Source: an uncultured Bacteroidales bacterium
GTDB lineage: Bacteria; Bacteroidota; Bacteroidia; Bacteroidales; CAYFUP01
Length of the DNA: 34,684 nucleotides
Assembly (NCBI GenBank): GCA_964496465.1
Contig: CAZBZX010000004.1
Coordinates: 1-34,684, forward strand
Reading direction: 5' to 3'
This document shows positions 17,509 to 27,874 of this stretch, one piece after another. Each line of letters starts with the position of its first letter. Within the stretch, counting starts at the first letter, position 1. A program made the position numbers and the translations under genes. A model generated the notes under the pieces. That model worked only from the letters and a program-made list of their open reading frames with translations. It did not search any database and was not told the origin of the DNA.

Positions 17509-19610
17509 CTTATTATACTCCAGGAAAACTTTGTATTTTTTATATTTTGAAGTTTAATTTGAAGTAGTTTATTTTTTTCATTCGATAAGTCCGGGTCGTC
17601 TTCAATTATTTTTTGAGCAATATCACGGGCAAAGCTCAGTAATTGTCCATCTCTTGCAAGATTGGCAATTTTTAAATCAAACGGTATTCCACTTTGCTGA
17701 GTTCCTTCAATATCTCCGGGTCCTCTTAGTTTTAAGTCCACTTCAGCGATTTCAAATCCATCATTTGTGTTTACCATAGTATTAATCCTTTTTTTTGCAT
17801 CATCTGAAAGTTTATAGGAAGTCATTAATATGCAATAGGATTGATCTCCCCCTCGACCAACCCTGCCACGTAGCTGATGAAGTTGTGATAATCCAAATCG
17901 TTCGGCACTCTCAATTACCATTACACTTGCATTAGGTATGTCTACACCTACTTCAATTACAGTCGTGGCAACCATTATATGAGTTTTATGTTGTAAAAAA
18001 TATTTCATGGAAATATCCTTCTCTTCGGGTTTCATTTTACCGTGAACAACACTAAGTGCATATTTTGGTGGTGGAAATGCCCTTGAAATACTTTCAATTC
18101 CATCCTCAAGGTTTTTATAATCCATTTTTTCCGATTCCTGAATTAATGGATATACAATATAGATTTGTCTACCAAGTTCGATTTCTTTTCTTAAGAATCC
18201 AAACATAGGTAACCGTTTAGAATCGTAGTAATGAAGTGTTTTAATTGGTTTTCTTCCAGGTGGAAGTTCATCAATAATAGAAATATCAAGGTCGCCATAT
18301 AAAGTCATAGCTAAAGTTCGTGGAATAGGAGTTGCTGTCATTACCAACACATGTGGAGGTTGAGTATTCTTTTTCCAAAGTTTAGCACGTTGTGCAACAC
18401 CAAATCTATGTTGTTCATCTATAATAACGAGACCAAGATTTTTAAATTGAACTATATCCTCAATTAATGCATGTGTACCAATAATTATTTGATTTTTACC
18501 GGATAATAATTCTTCATGTATTTTATTTCTCTCAGATTGTTTTGTTGAACCTGTAAGTAAACAGACAGAAATATTAAGTCCTTTTAAAAAGCTAATTAGC
18601 GTTTCATAATGCTGGTTCGCTAATATTTCAGTTGGGGCCATTAAACATGACTGAAATCCGTTATCAATTGCTATAAGTATGCTCATTAATGCTACTAAAG
18701 TTTTTCCACTTCCCACATCACCTTGTAGCAACCTGTTCATTTGATGTCCCGAACCTAAATCTTTCCTGATTTCTTTTAAAACCTTTTTTTGCGCATCTGT
18801 CAATTCAAAATGTAAATTGTTTTGATAAAAAGAATTGAAAAACTCACCTACTTTTTCAAATTTAAAACCTTTGAATTTATCAAAACGGTTAGCTTTGAGT
18901 TTAAGTAAATTAAGCTGTATATAAAATAACTCCTCAAATTTTAAACGATATTGCGCTTTCTGAAAAAGTTCCTGATTTTTAGGAAAATGGATATTTAACA
19001 ATGCATCTTTGAGAGAGATTAGATTTAATTTATCCAATAAATATGAAGGCAGTGATTCATCTATCTTTGAATAGGAAGCCATTAAAACATTGTTCATTAA
19101 TTTTAAAATTGCTTTCGAATTCAAATAACTCTCTTTTAATTTTTCTGTAGTATTATACATTGGTTGCAAAGCTCCAGTAATTTGCTGTTCGCTTTTAATT
19201 GCCTCTTCAATTTCAGGATGGGCAATGTTCATTTTGCGATTAAAAAAGCTTGGCTTTCCAAAAACGATATAAGTTGTGTTAAGCTTTAACTTGTTTTGAA
19301 TCCATTTAATTCCCTGAAACCAAATCAGTTCTATTTCACCAGTATTGTCTCTAAAATGTGCTATAAACCTTTTTCTGTTTCGCTCACCTTGTATTTCAAA
19401 ATTGGTAATTTCTCCTTTCAATTGAATATAGGAAGAATCTGATCTGATTTGAGCAATTTTATAAAATTTGCTTTTATCAATATATTTGTATGGAAAATAA
19501 TATAGCAAATCTTCAAATGTAAAAATTTGAAGTTCATTATTAAGTAAGTTAGCTCGTTTAGGCCCAACGCCAGTTAAAAATTTAATTTCCTGCTCTAAAA
19601 TTTCTTGCAT
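17505..19610 (-). CDS. recG: ATP-dependent DNA helicase RecG
   Basis: 701 aa. Wedge-domain N-terminus (IKFLTGVGPKRANLL). Walker A GDVGSGKT, DEQH box IIDEQHRFG, TATPIPRT, QLRGRVGRG. Confidence 0.92.
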   Translation of the reverse strand: MQEILEQEIKFLTGVGPKRANLLNNELQIFTFEDLLYYFPYKYIDKSKFYKIAQIRSDSSYIQLKGEITNFEIQGERNRKRFIAHFRDNTGEIELIWFQGIKWIQNKLKLNTTYIVFGKPSFFNRKMNIAHPEIEEAIKSEQQITGALQPMYNTTEKLKESYLNSKAILKLMNNVLMASYSKIDESLPSYLLDKLNLISLKDALLNIHFPKNQELFQKAQYRLKFEELFYIQLNLLKLKANRFDKFKGFKFEKVGEFFNSFYQNNLHFELTDAQKKVLKEIRKDLGSGHQMNRLLQGDVGSGKTLVALMSILIAIDNGFQSCLMAPTEILANQHYETLISFLKGLNISVCLLTGSTKQSERNKIHEELLSGKNQIIIGTHALIEDIVQFKNLGLVIIDEQHRFGVAQRAKLWKKNTQPPHVLVMTATPIPRTLAMTLYGDLDISIIDELPPGRKPIKTLHYYDSKRLPMFGFLRKEIELGRQIYIVYPLIQESEKMDYKNLEDGIESISRAFPPPKYALSVVHGKMKPEEKDISMKYFLQHKTHIMVATTVIEVGVDIPNASVMVIESAERFGLSQLHQLRGRVGRGGDQSYCILMTSYKLSDDAKKRINTMVNTNDGFEIAEVDLKLRGPGDIEGTQQSGIPFDLKIANLARDGQLLSFARDIAQKIIEDDPDLSNEKNKLLQIKLQNIKNTKFSWSIIS

Positions 19611-19692
19611 GCCAAATAATTAATTTAGTAAATATCGTAAAAAGATATTTTGAATCATAAAAAAAACTATTTTCGGATTTATTTTTAACTAT

Positions 19693-20487
19693 ATGATGAA
19701 TAAAATAAGATACTTGTTCCATTATTTAAATTATTTATTATTAGCAAGACATAAAAATGGGCATGGAATTCACTCTCCATTTGTATTTAGTTTAATTCAA
19801 GAGGTTTTTAGAAAAAAAATTGGAGATGAAGTTATATTTAAAATTGAACTAACCCGTAAAAATTTGATACGGGATAAGAAAATAATAAATTTAAAAGGTT
19901 TTGGAGCAGGTTCACATTATAATAAGTTAAATAATAAAAAATTAAAACATATTGTTGGGCAAACAGCGATTAACAAAAAATATGGATTTTTATTATATCG
20001 TATTACAAAATATTTTAAACCAAAAAATATTATTGAACTTGGAACATCAACTGGTATAAGTACACTTTATTTAGCTAGTGGAAATAGCGACTCTAAAATT
20101 TATTCCATAGAAGGTGAAAAAGAATTATGCGAAATTGCAAGAATAAATATGGAAGAGCACAATCTAAAAAATGTGGAAATTATTGAAGGTAATTTTGATT
20201 CGACATTTCAGAATATACTTAATAATGAGGATGGTTCAATGCTTATATACATTGATGGGAATCACACAAAAATTAATACTCTCAATTATTTTAGCCAAGT
20301 GAAAGATAAGAAAAGGAATGATACTATTTTAATAATTGATGATATATACTGGAGTAAAGAAATGCAAGAAGCTTGGAGAATGATTAAAAAAGATGAAGAA
20401 GTGTTTTTAACTATTGATATTTTTAAAATGGGAATGGTTTTTTTTGATAATATAATTGTTAAACAGAATTTCATAATCAAATTTTAA
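19693..20487 (+). CDS. Class I SAM-dependent methyltransferase (O-methyltransferase-like)
   Basis: 264 aa. Motif I IIELGTSTGISTLYLA, followed by an acidic post-I residue (IYSIEGE) and LIYIDGNH. Confidence 0.65.
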   Translation: MMNKIRYLFHYLNYLLLARHKNGHGIHSPFVFSLIQEVFRKKIGDEVIFKIELTRKNLIRDKKIINLKGFGAGSHYNKLNNKKLKHIVGQTAINKKYGFLLYRITKYFKPKNIIELGTSTGISTLYLASGNSDSKIYSIEGEKELCEIARINMEEHNLKNVEIIEGNFDSTFQNILNNEDGSMLIYIDGNHTKINTLNYFSQVKDKKRNDTILIIDDIYWSKEMQEAWRMIKKDEEVFLTIDIFKMGMVFFDNIIVKQNFIIKF

Positions 20488-20583
20488 TAATTAAAATTTG
20501 ATTATAAATAATCGCAAACTTTTGTTAATTATTCTGGTTTAAGCGAAGAAAAATTATAATTTCGTAAACTTTATATCGAAAAG

Positions 20584-21279
20584 ATGGAAAATGTAATTAC
20601 ATTAAAAAATATTGTAAAAAATTATTATTTAGGAAAATCAATAGTTAAAGCTTTACGTAAGGTATCACTTGAAATTAGTAGAAATGAGTATGTTGCAATT
20701 ATGGGACCATCCGGTTCTGGTAAATCAACACTTATGAATATTATTGGTTGTCTGGACATACCAACAACAGGAGAATATTTTTTGAATAAACAAAATGCAA
20801 GCAAACTAGATAGTAATGCACTAGCAGAAATAAGAAATAAAGAAATTGGTTTTATCTTCCAGACTTTTAATTTGCTCCCAAGATACAGTTCACTTGAGAA
20901 TGTAATGTTACCATTAATTTATGCAGGAGTTACAAAAAAAGTCAGACTTGAAAGAGCAGAAACAGTTTTAAATGAAGTTGGATTAAGCGATAGAGTCGAT
21001 CATAAACCGAATGAGTTATCAGGTGGACAACGACAAAGAGTCGCAGTAGCAAGGGCACTTGTTAATTCACCTTCAATTATATTAGCCGATGAACCAACTG
21101 GAAACCTTGATTCCAAAACATCAAAAGATATAATGAAATTGCTTGATGATATTCATTCTTTGGGGAATACTATAATTGTTGTAACACACGAAGAAGAAAT
21201 TGCAAAACATGCTCACAGGATTATTAAATTAAAAGATGGCCAAGTTGAATCTGATTATTTAAATAAGGAAAAAAATTAA
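20584..21279 (+). CDS. ABC transporter ATP-binding protein (MacB/LolD-type)
   Basis: Walker [11 protein letters not shown]-loop, signature [15 protein letters not shown], Walker [13 protein letters not shown]-loop VVTHE. No permease gene is adjacent. Confidence 0.9.
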   Translation: MENVITLKNIVKNYYLGKSIVKALRKVSLEISRNEYVAIMGPSGSGKSTLMNIIGCLDIPTTGEYFLNKQNASKLDSNALAEIRNKEIGFIFQTFNLLPRYSSLENVMLPLIYAGVTKKVRLERAETVLNEVGLSDRVDHKPNELSGGQRQRVAVARALVNSPSIILADEPTGNLDSKTSKDIMKLLDDIHSLGNTIIVVTHEEEIAKHAHRIIKLKDGQVESDYLNKEKN

Positions 21280-21294
21280 GCAATTTTGATTTAA

Positions 21295-21843
21295 ATGAAA
21301 ATATATACAAAAACAGGTGATGAAGGGAAAACCAGTTTAATTGGAGGGAAAAGAGTTGATAAATATGATATTCGTATTGAATCATATGGAACAATTGATG
21401 AGTTGATTGCGTATGTTGGATTAATAAGAGATCAGATACATTTTAAGGATGATAAAGATTTATTACTGGCTATTCAGGACAGACTAATGACATGTGCTTC
21501 TATTATGGCAACTGATTGTGAAGATTGCAAATTAAGGATTCCGGAATTATATAAAAAAGATATTGAACAATTGGAGGAGGAAATCGATAAAATTGAAAAA
21601 GTTGTACAACCCCTTCAATCTTTTATACTGCCTGGCGGACACCCAATAATCTCTACTTGTCATATTGCCAGGTGTGTTTGCAGGCGAGCAGAGAGAAATT
21701 GTATTAAATCTAGTCGCGAGTATTCAGTAAATGAGTATGTAATTAAATATTTAAACCGTTTATCTGATTTTCTATTCATGTTTGCAAGAAAATTGGTAAT
21801 TGAATTAAATGTTGAAGAAATTAATTGGAATCCAAAGTTGTAA
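21295..21843 (+). CDS. PduO-type ATP:cob(I)alamin adenosyltransferase
   Basis: 182 aa with the characteristic N-terminus MKIYTKTGDEGKTSLIGGKRV, plus FILPGG and RAERNC motifs. Confidence 0.85.
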   Translation: MKIYTKTGDEGKTSLIGGKRVDKYDIRIESYGTIDELIAYVGLIRDQIHFKDDKDLLLAIQDRLMTCASIMATDCEDCKLRIPELYKKDIEQLEEEIDKIEKVVQPLQSFILPGGHPIISTCHIARCVCRRAERNCIKSSREYSVNEYVIKYLNRLSDFLFMFARKLVIELNVEEINWNPKL

Positions 21844-21857
21844 TATCAAAAAATTTT

Positions 21858-21865
21858 TATATTTG
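21858..21865 (+). promoter_or_regulatory. Candidate -7 box (TATATTTG) upstream of the DUF2795 gene
   Basis: Exact TAnnTTTG match, 41 nt upstream of the ATG at 21907. Confidence 0.3.
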
Positions 21866-21906
21866 CGAAATTTTTAGTTACAAGTAAAAAATTAAAAGCC
21901 TAGGAT

Positions 21907-22128
21907 ATGTATTGGACTCTTGAATTAGCATCAAAACTGGAAGATGCGCCATGGCCGGCAACTAAAGATGAATTAATTGATTTTGCAATTAGATCTGGCG
22001 CACCAATGGAAGTTATTGAAAATCTTCAGGAAATTGAGGATGAAGGAGAAATATATGAAAGTATTGAAGATATTTGGCCTGATTATCCTAGTAAAGACGA
22101 TTTCTTTTTTAATGAAGATGAATATTAA
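21907..22128 (+). CDS. DUF2795-family small acidic protein
   Basis: 73 aa. APWPATKDELIDFAIRSGAPMEVIENLQEI matches my recollection of the DUF2795 pattern ((F/Y)PAsK.ELi..A...GAp..V...L). Confidence 0.7.
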   Translation: MYWTLELASKLEDAPWPATKDELIDFAIRSGAPMEVIENLQEIEDEGEIYESIEDIWPDYPSKDDFFFNEDEY

Positions 22129-22146
22129 ATGGAGAAAGGAATGAAA

Positions 22147-23682
22147 CTACTCCATTTTTTGTTTATTTGAGATCCAGATAAATATATCTTCTCGAGTATA
22201 AGGTTTATATTCGCCATACCATATAAAATTTTTTAGCTTCATTTCTTCGAGTGAAATATCTGCAATTGGTGACAATTTTGCGTTTGGTTTTGTAATGAAG
22301 TTAACCCTTTTAATTTTACGGTTTTCAATATATAAAATTAAATTACTGCTTTCTACTTTATTCAATCCAACAATATCATTTTCTTCTTTAGGAAAATAAA
22401 TCATTTGCCCATTTCCAAATACTTCAACTTTATATAATTCGTTATGCGCAAAGTATCCTGTCATTTCTTTGCCTTTTATTTGGTTGTATTTTCCTTCTTC
22501 TTCTTTCGAAATAATGAAAGCCGATGTTTGTAACCAAATTTTGTTAAAAGTATTATTCTTTATGTAACCTTCAATATAATTAGAAGTCATTTGATTCTCT
22601 CCTGACCAGAGTACTGGATTTTTATGCAATTGGATAATAGAATCTTTTAATAGATATATTAATGAATCGCATTTACCCTGTAAGTCGTTTTTATAAAATT
22701 TAGCGTGATAATAAGCTTTAAGTTGCCGGTTAATATTAGTTGAATCAAACTCAGATTTTAATGTATCAGCATGTATGTAAATAGAGTCATCTTCAGTTAT
22801 CAGTGTTAAAATTGCGCTATCAGTCATTGTGAAAAGCTGCGATGCACGGTCAAAATCAGCTTTATGACCTTCAACAATGATATCTCTAATAAAATCATGA
22901 ATTTTTACATTATCTCTTGCTTTTCCTTTTTTTGATAATTGATTATAATATAATAAATCTCCATAAACAATTTGTTCATCGTTTTTTATAAATGCATTTT
23001 TTTCGAATTGTGAGATACTATCTTTGGTTTGATACCAACCATATTCACAATAAATATAATTTTCTTCATTAGAAATAACTGTGGGTCCCAGAAAGAATAC
23101 TTTATCAATATCTGCATTATATTTTAATGTATCTGATTTTATTTGATAATTTGGATCAGTAACCACAACATTCTCTTTAAAATAAAAACTTTTATTAGAT
23201 GAATAATAATGCCCCATTTCGCTTGTTAAGATAGTACTTTCATTCGTAATTCTTCCTCCGCTAAAATAATATCCCGTTGAAGTTTGGGTATTAAAATCTA
23301 ACGACTCTGTATATAATGTCATTTTTTTATCTTTTAGCACTACATTTTTTCTTGCCTCTGCAACATTATCTATTCCTCTATAACGAGCGAAATCACAAAT
23401 TAAACTTAATGAATCACCTTGCAGTATTTTAACATGACCAAACGCTTCGAACATATTTTTTTCTTCATATAAAAATGCACTATCGCAATACATTAAAGTA
23501 AAATTATGTTGAAGGATTACATTACCAAGCAGTCTTTTTAAATCAGGGTCAACTTTTTTATTATACTTTAAGATATCAGAATTTAAAATCCTTATTTTAT
23601 TATTACTCTGCGAGTAAACTGGATGAATGAATAAAAATGTACAATAAAGTATTAGTACACATATATGGCGTGTATTTACCAT
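22147..23682 (-). CDS. Exported OstA-like (LptD-N-terminal-like) beta-rich protein
   Basis: Signal peptide MVNTRHICVLILYCTFLFIHPVYS|QSN. 511 aa, beta-strand-rich and repetitive. It sits directly downstream of SurA-type chaperones, as in conserved Bacteroidota envelope clusters. Family assignment is from memory of this context. Confidence 0.6.
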   Translation of the reverse strand: MVNTRHICVLILYCTFLFIHPVYSQSNNKIRILNSDILKYNKKVDPDLKRLLGNVILQHNFTLMYCDSAFLYEEKNMFEAFGHVKILQGDSLSLICDFARYRGIDNVAEARKNVVLKDKKMTLYTESLDFNTQTSTGYYFSGGRITNESTILTSEMGHYYSSNKSFYFKENVVVTDPNYQIKSDTLKYNADIDKVFFLGPTVISNEENYIYCEYGWYQTKDSISQFEKNAFIKNDEQIVYGDLLYYNQLSKKGKARDNVKIHDFIRDIIVEGHKADFDRASQLFTMTDSAILTLITEDDSIYIHADTLKSEFDSTNINRQLKAYYHAKFYKNDLQGKCDSLIYLLKDSIIQLHKNPVLWSGENQMTSNYIEGYIKNNTFNKIWLQTSAFIISKEEEGKYNQIKGKEMTGYFAHNELYKVEVFGNGQMIYFPKEENDIVGLNKVESSNLILYIENRKIKRVNFITKPNAKLSPIADISLEEMKLKNFIWYGEYKPYTREDIFIWISNKQKME

Positions 23683-23690
23683 TGTTTAAG

Positions 23691-25052
23691 TTATTTAAAC
23701 CATCCATTTGATTGAAAGTTGCAGCTTTTATATTTTGGATCAATATGAATATAAGCTTCGCTTTGCTTTTCTTCAATCCAACTATTAATAATTTCCTGTT
23801 GCTTGGTCGATTTGGCCATTTCTGCAATTAAATTATAATCTTCTTTTAGGTTAGCTTTATGAGGTTTGGTTTTAGATTTTAATTGAATGATTTTATAAAC
23901 AGCTTTTCCTTTTTGATCATAAGACTCATAAGGATTAGACATTTCACCAATTTTTAAGTCTTTAACAGCAAAATAATCTGCTTTACTTAATTCATCTATT
24001 TTAAATTTAGAATTACCTTTGTTTACATTAATCATTATTCCGCCTCCAGTTTTTGTTTTTAAATCCTCTGAATATTTCTTTGCAGCTTCTTCAAATGTCA
24101 AAGAATCAAGTCTTATAATTTTTGAGATACTATCTAACCTTGTCATAGCTTTAATTTTCGATTCTGGTGAGATTTTTGGCTTCATTAAAATATGTCGAAC
24201 ATTAATTCTATTTTCATCCCTATCAATTAATTGAATGATATGATATCCAAATTCAGTCTCAATTATATTTGAAACCCCATCCTTTTTTAATTTAAATGCT
24301 GCATCTGAGAATTCAGGTACAAGATCATTCTTGCCAACATATCCTAATTCACCACCGTTTCTTGCTGAACCAGGATCTTCTGAATATAATATTGCTAAAG
24401 TCGAAAACTTTTCTCCTTCAATAATTCTTTTTCGTAAATCGAGTAATCGTTGCCGAACATCATATATTGCTTCGTCCGAATATGGTGGGTATAATACAAT
24501 TTGCCTGAGCTCAATTTCTGATTCCACATATGGTAAGCTATCTCTGGGGATATCGTTATAAAATTTTTTTACTTCAGCGGGTGAAACTTTTATATCGCCC
24601 ATAATTTCATTTTGCATTTTTTGAGCAAGTAATTGTTCACGTATCACATCCCTTAAATCTTCCTTAATTTCAATAATTGATTTTTTATAATATTCTTCCA
24701 GCTTTTCTTTAGATCCAATCTGACTAATAAAATATTCCATTCGCCTGTTCAATTCTGTCTCTACCTCTGCCTCTCCAACAAAAATACTATCAACTCTGGA
24801 TTGATGAATAAGGAGTTTTTGTAAAAGAAGTTCTTCAAGTACATCGCAATTAATATTTCCTTCCGAAAGATAACCTTGTGCTTGGTATTGTAAAACCTGA
24901 TTTTCAAGTTCCGATTGTAAAACCATATCATCTCCGATAACAGCAATTATCTGATCAATAATTTTTTCCTGATTGTATGCTGTACTTGTAATAAAAAAAA
25001 ACAGAAAAATTGTGATAATAATTCTTCTAGTTATATATTTTGTAATTCCCAT
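23691..25052 (-). CDS. SurA-like periplasmic chaperone / parvulin-type peptidyl-prolyl isomerase
   Basis: Signal peptide ...FFFITSTAYN|QEK. SurA N-domain-like region. Parvulin motif GGELGYVGKNDLVPEFSDAAF...EFGYHIIQL. A second, degenerate parvulin-like domain follows. Confidence 0.85.
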   Translation of the reverse strand: MGITKYITRRIIITIFLFFFITSTAYNQEKIIDQIIAVIGDDMVLQSELENQVLQYQAQGYLSEGNINCDVLEELLLQKLLIHQSRVDSIFVGEAEVETELNRRMEYFISQIGSKEKLEEYYKKSIIEIKEDLRDVIREQLLAQKMQNEIMGDIKVSPAEVKKFYNDIPRDSLPYVESEIELRQIVLYPPYSDEAIYDVRQRLLDLRKRIIEGEKFSTLAILYSEDPGSARNGGELGYVGKNDLVPEFSDAAFKLKKDGVSNIIETEFGYHIIQLIDRDENRINVRHILMKPKISPESKIKAMTRLDSISKIIRLDSLTFEEAAKKYSEDLKTKTGGGIMINVNKGNSKFKIDELSKADYFAVKDLKIGEMSNPYESYDQKGKAVYKIIQLKSKTKPHKANLKEDYNLIAEMAKSTKQQEIINSWIEEKQSEAYIHIDPKYKSCNFQSNGWFK

Positions 25053-25878
25053 GATTTAGTGCGTCGTTATATATATTATTTTCCAGTTCATTTATTAATT
25101 GAAGTTTTCTTTTATTTATTATGATTTGCTTAATATTCTCTTTTATAAAACTTAAAGGAGAAATTTCATTCTTTAATTTATAATCTCTTATATAAATGAA
25201 ATAATTATAAATAGAATCTTTAGCATCAATATAATTCCTTCTTTTTAAAAAGTCATCTTTATTAGCAATATCAAAAGGTATTTCTTTAATAATGGTATTA
25301 AAAGGTATCCATTCTTCATTAAAATTATCATACTTTTTTGCGTACTCAAAGCAGTATGATTCTAATTTAATCAATTCATCCTTTTTGTCAGATTTATACC
25401 AGCTTTTAATCTGGTTTAAGTTAGGAGATATATTTGGAATTTTAATAAACAAAGCTTTTACAATATTTTCTTCAAGCACAAAATTTGACGAATAAAGATC
25501 ATAATATTCCTGTATTTCATCGTCAGTCACTACTGTATCAAGGTTTTGCTTAATCCATTGTTGTTCATATTTATATATTAATAATGACGACCTATAATCA
25601 TTAAGTTCGTTTTCAACATCTTTTTGATTTGGCAATAAATTTAGTTCGGCTTTTTCAAGTAACAATTGCTTTCTTATCCATTTATCAGTATATGATTTTA
25701 CTATTTGAATACTGTCTTCTTTTGAAACATTATCATTAAAAAGTCCTTTTAAATCTTTTTCATATAAGCAACTTTCATAAACACGGGCAATAATTTTACT
25801 GTGGTTTTCTTCTACTTTTTTGTTGCAAGCAAATAAAACTATGAATATGAATAATACAGAAAAGATTAATTTATACAT
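25027..25878 (-). CDS. Lipoprotein, SurA-N-domain-like chaperone without a parvulin domain
   Basis: Lipobox-type signal MYKLIFSVLFIFIVLFAC|NKK. Helical, Lys/Glu/Asn-rich body. Its 3' end overlaps the downstream SurA-like gene by 26 nt. Confidence 0.65.
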   Translation of the reverse strand: MYKLIFSVLFIFIVLFACNKKVEENHSKIIARVYESCLYEKDLKGLFNDNVSKEDSIQIVKSYTDKWIRKQLLLEKAELNLLPNQKDVENELNDYRSSLLIYKYEQQWIKQNLDTVVTDDEIQEYYDLYSSNFVLEENIVKALFIKIPNISPNLNQIKSWYKSDKKDELIKLESYCFEYAKKYDNFNEEWIPFNTIIKEIPFDIANKDDFLKRRNYIDAKDSIYNYFIYIRDYKLKNEISPLSFIKENIKQIIINKRKLQLINELENNIYNDALNHGNYKIYN

Positions 25879-25881
25879 GCA

Positions 25882-27840
25882 TTAATTCTTTATTGATTCC
25901 AGGACCTCTTTATTTACCGTAATATTATATTTATTGCGTAATACAGTAATCCATTTTTCTTCCAGGTAATTTTGGTAGTCAGCAATAATTAATCCTCTTG
26001 CTTCATTTAACGATTTTATTTCTGGTTTTAAAATTTCATTTATTGCTACTATATATATATCTTTTTTATCTTTTATTATATTGCTAAAACCTATTTTCCA
26101 CTCTAATGAATCAATTATTAAATCCTGACTTCTTGCATATTTTTTTGTATTTGTTGTAAGCAATAATGTGTCTTTATTAAATTTTGCTTTTAGATCTGCA
26201 TCAGTAATTTTTTTATTCTTTTTTAAATTTTTATCAATAAATGCTTTTATATTTTCTGCTGTTTCCATATCATTACAAAAATATTTTGTAGCTAAAACTC
26301 TTTCTCCCCAAATGTAATTTGATTTATTTTCTTCATAGAAATTTTTCAAACCAATTGTATCTTTTACTGCTTTCGACCAAACAAGGCTATCAGTTATTTC
26401 AAATAGCAAAATTCCGTCATGATACTCTTCAAGTAAATATTTGAAATCAGGATATTTATCACTTAACCTGGATCTTTCGAATTCTTTTAATGAAGTTGAA
26501 ATATATTTCGTATATTCCCTATCTAAAAATACTGGAATAGGGAGCTTTTTATTTCCTTTCATCCCATGTTCAGCTATTTCATTAAAAAAATCCATTTGAT
26601 TTAGCTCAACCGTATCAAATTTTACTAAAGTTTTTGAAAAATGTTTATTATCTAAAAATAAATTACCAGAATAGATATTAGTATCAATAGCTGAGAACAA
26701 TTCTGCTTTGGCAGCTGAATCTTCTTCAAAGTTATATTCTTGCTTTAGATAATTTATAAATGCAATGTCTTTCATTTGAGACCTGGTATCTTTTTCAATT
26801 TTTTTCAATAATTTGTCTTTTATTTTTTCTAAAGGTTCAATGCCTTTTTTGTCCAATAACTTTAAGATATGGAAACCATATCTTGATTGCACTATTCCTG
26901 ATATATCACCAATATTTTCTAGAGCAAAAGCTGCTTCTTCAAATTCAGGCACCATTTTTCCAATACCGAACCATGATAATTCCCCTTTTCTTCTTCCTGA
27001 TCTTTTGTCATCTGAATATTTAGCTGCAAGCATTCCAAAATCTTCTCCAGCAAGAATTTTCTGATAAATCTTTTCTGCTTTATCTTTTGCTTTTTGTAAT
27101 GAATCTTCTGAAACATTTTCTGAAACAGCAACCATAATATGTGCTATTTTTACTTCTCCTTGTGCTTTTCTTTTATCATTTACAACCATGATATGATATC
27201 CGAATTTTGTTCTAACTGGCATTGATATTTCTCCTATTGGAAGTGTATAAGCAGCACATTCAAAAGGGTATACTAATTGTAAGGCTGTAAAATATCCAAG
27301 ATTTCCCCCATTTTGCTTAACAGAAGGATCATCTGAAGTAGCTCTGGCAATTACTTTAAAATCTTCGCCTTTTATTATTCTATCTCTTATTTCAAGAGCT
27401 TTATTGTAAGCAATTAAAGTATCTTCAGGCGATTGATCCAAATTACATTGAATTAAAATATGGCTAACATTTACTTCTTGCTGTAGCCTTGAGTATGCTT
27501 CTGACAGCAATGAATCATCAATATTTTTTAATGCAAGATATGGTTCTTCTAATTGCTTTTTATATCCAGAAAATTCTGTGATAAAACTATGAGTTTTATC
27601 TAAACCTAATCTTTCGGCCTCAATAACTTTAAGTTTAAAATTTATAAACAAATCCATATACTCATCAATAGTTTTTGAATCGTATACATTTTCGTTATTT
27701 TTATTGTAAATTCTTAAAAACTCAGCTTTAGAAATTTTTTCATCATCAATTGTGAGTAAAATTGTGTCAGCTTGATTTGCAAATAAGTGTAATAAATTTG
27801 TAGAAATTGTAAGAATTGTTAGTAATAAAATCTTTTTCAT
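25882..27840 (-). CDS. Periplasmic peptidyl-prolyl isomerase with two parvulin domains (SurA/PpiD-like)
   Basis: Signal peptide MKKILLLTILTISTNLLHLFAN|QAD. Two parvulin signatures: NGGNLGYFTALQLVYPFECAAY...KFGYHIMVV and RKGELSWFGIGKMVPEFEEAAF...RYGFHILKL. Confidence 0.85.
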   Translation of the reverse strand: MKKILLLTILTISTNLLHLFANQADTILLTIDDEKISKAEFLRIYNKNNENVYDSKTIDEYMDLFINFKLKVIEAERLGLDKTHSFITEFSGYKKQLEEPYLALKNIDDSLLSEAYSRLQQEVNVSHILIQCNLDQSPEDTLIAYNKALEIRDRIIKGEDFKVIARATSDDPSVKQNGGNLGYFTALQLVYPFECAAYTLPIGEISMPVRTKFGYHIMVVNDKRKAQGEVKIAHIMVAVSENVSEDSLQKAKDKAEKIYQKILAGEDFGMLAAKYSDDKRSGRRKGELSWFGIGKMVPEFEEAAFALENIGDISGIVQSRYGFHILKLLDKKGIEPLEKIKDKLLKKIEKDTRSQMKDIAFINYLKQEYNFEEDSAAKAELFSAIDTNIYSGNLFLDNKHFSKTLVKFDTVELNQMDFFNEIAEHGMKGNKKLPIPVFLDREYTKYISTSLKEFERSRLSDKYPDFKYLLEEYHDGILLFEITDSLVWSKAVKDTIGLKNFYEENKSNYIWGERVLATKYFCNDMETAENIKAFIDKNLKKNKKITDADLKAKFNKDTLLLTTNTKKYARSQDLIIDSLEWKIGFSNIIKDKKDIYIVAINEILKPEIKSLNEARGLIIADYQNYLEEKWITVLRNKYNITVNKEVLESIKN

Positions 27841-27874
27841 CGTAATTATATTTAAAAATAAAAGTTAATCTTAA

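Noticed and set aside
23603-23827. A 74-aa minus-strand ORF spanning the junction between the SurA-like and OstA-like genes.
   Set aside because: It overlaps both well-supported genes out of frame and has no features of its own, so I treat it as spurious.
24993-25001. An A9 homopolymer (T9 on the coding strand) inside the SurA-like signal-peptide coding region, as a slipped-strand phase-variation switch.
   Set aside because: It encodes the FFF run of the hydrophobic core. Tracts of 8-9 A/T are common throughout this AT-rich window, both coding and intergenic, so nothing singles this one out.
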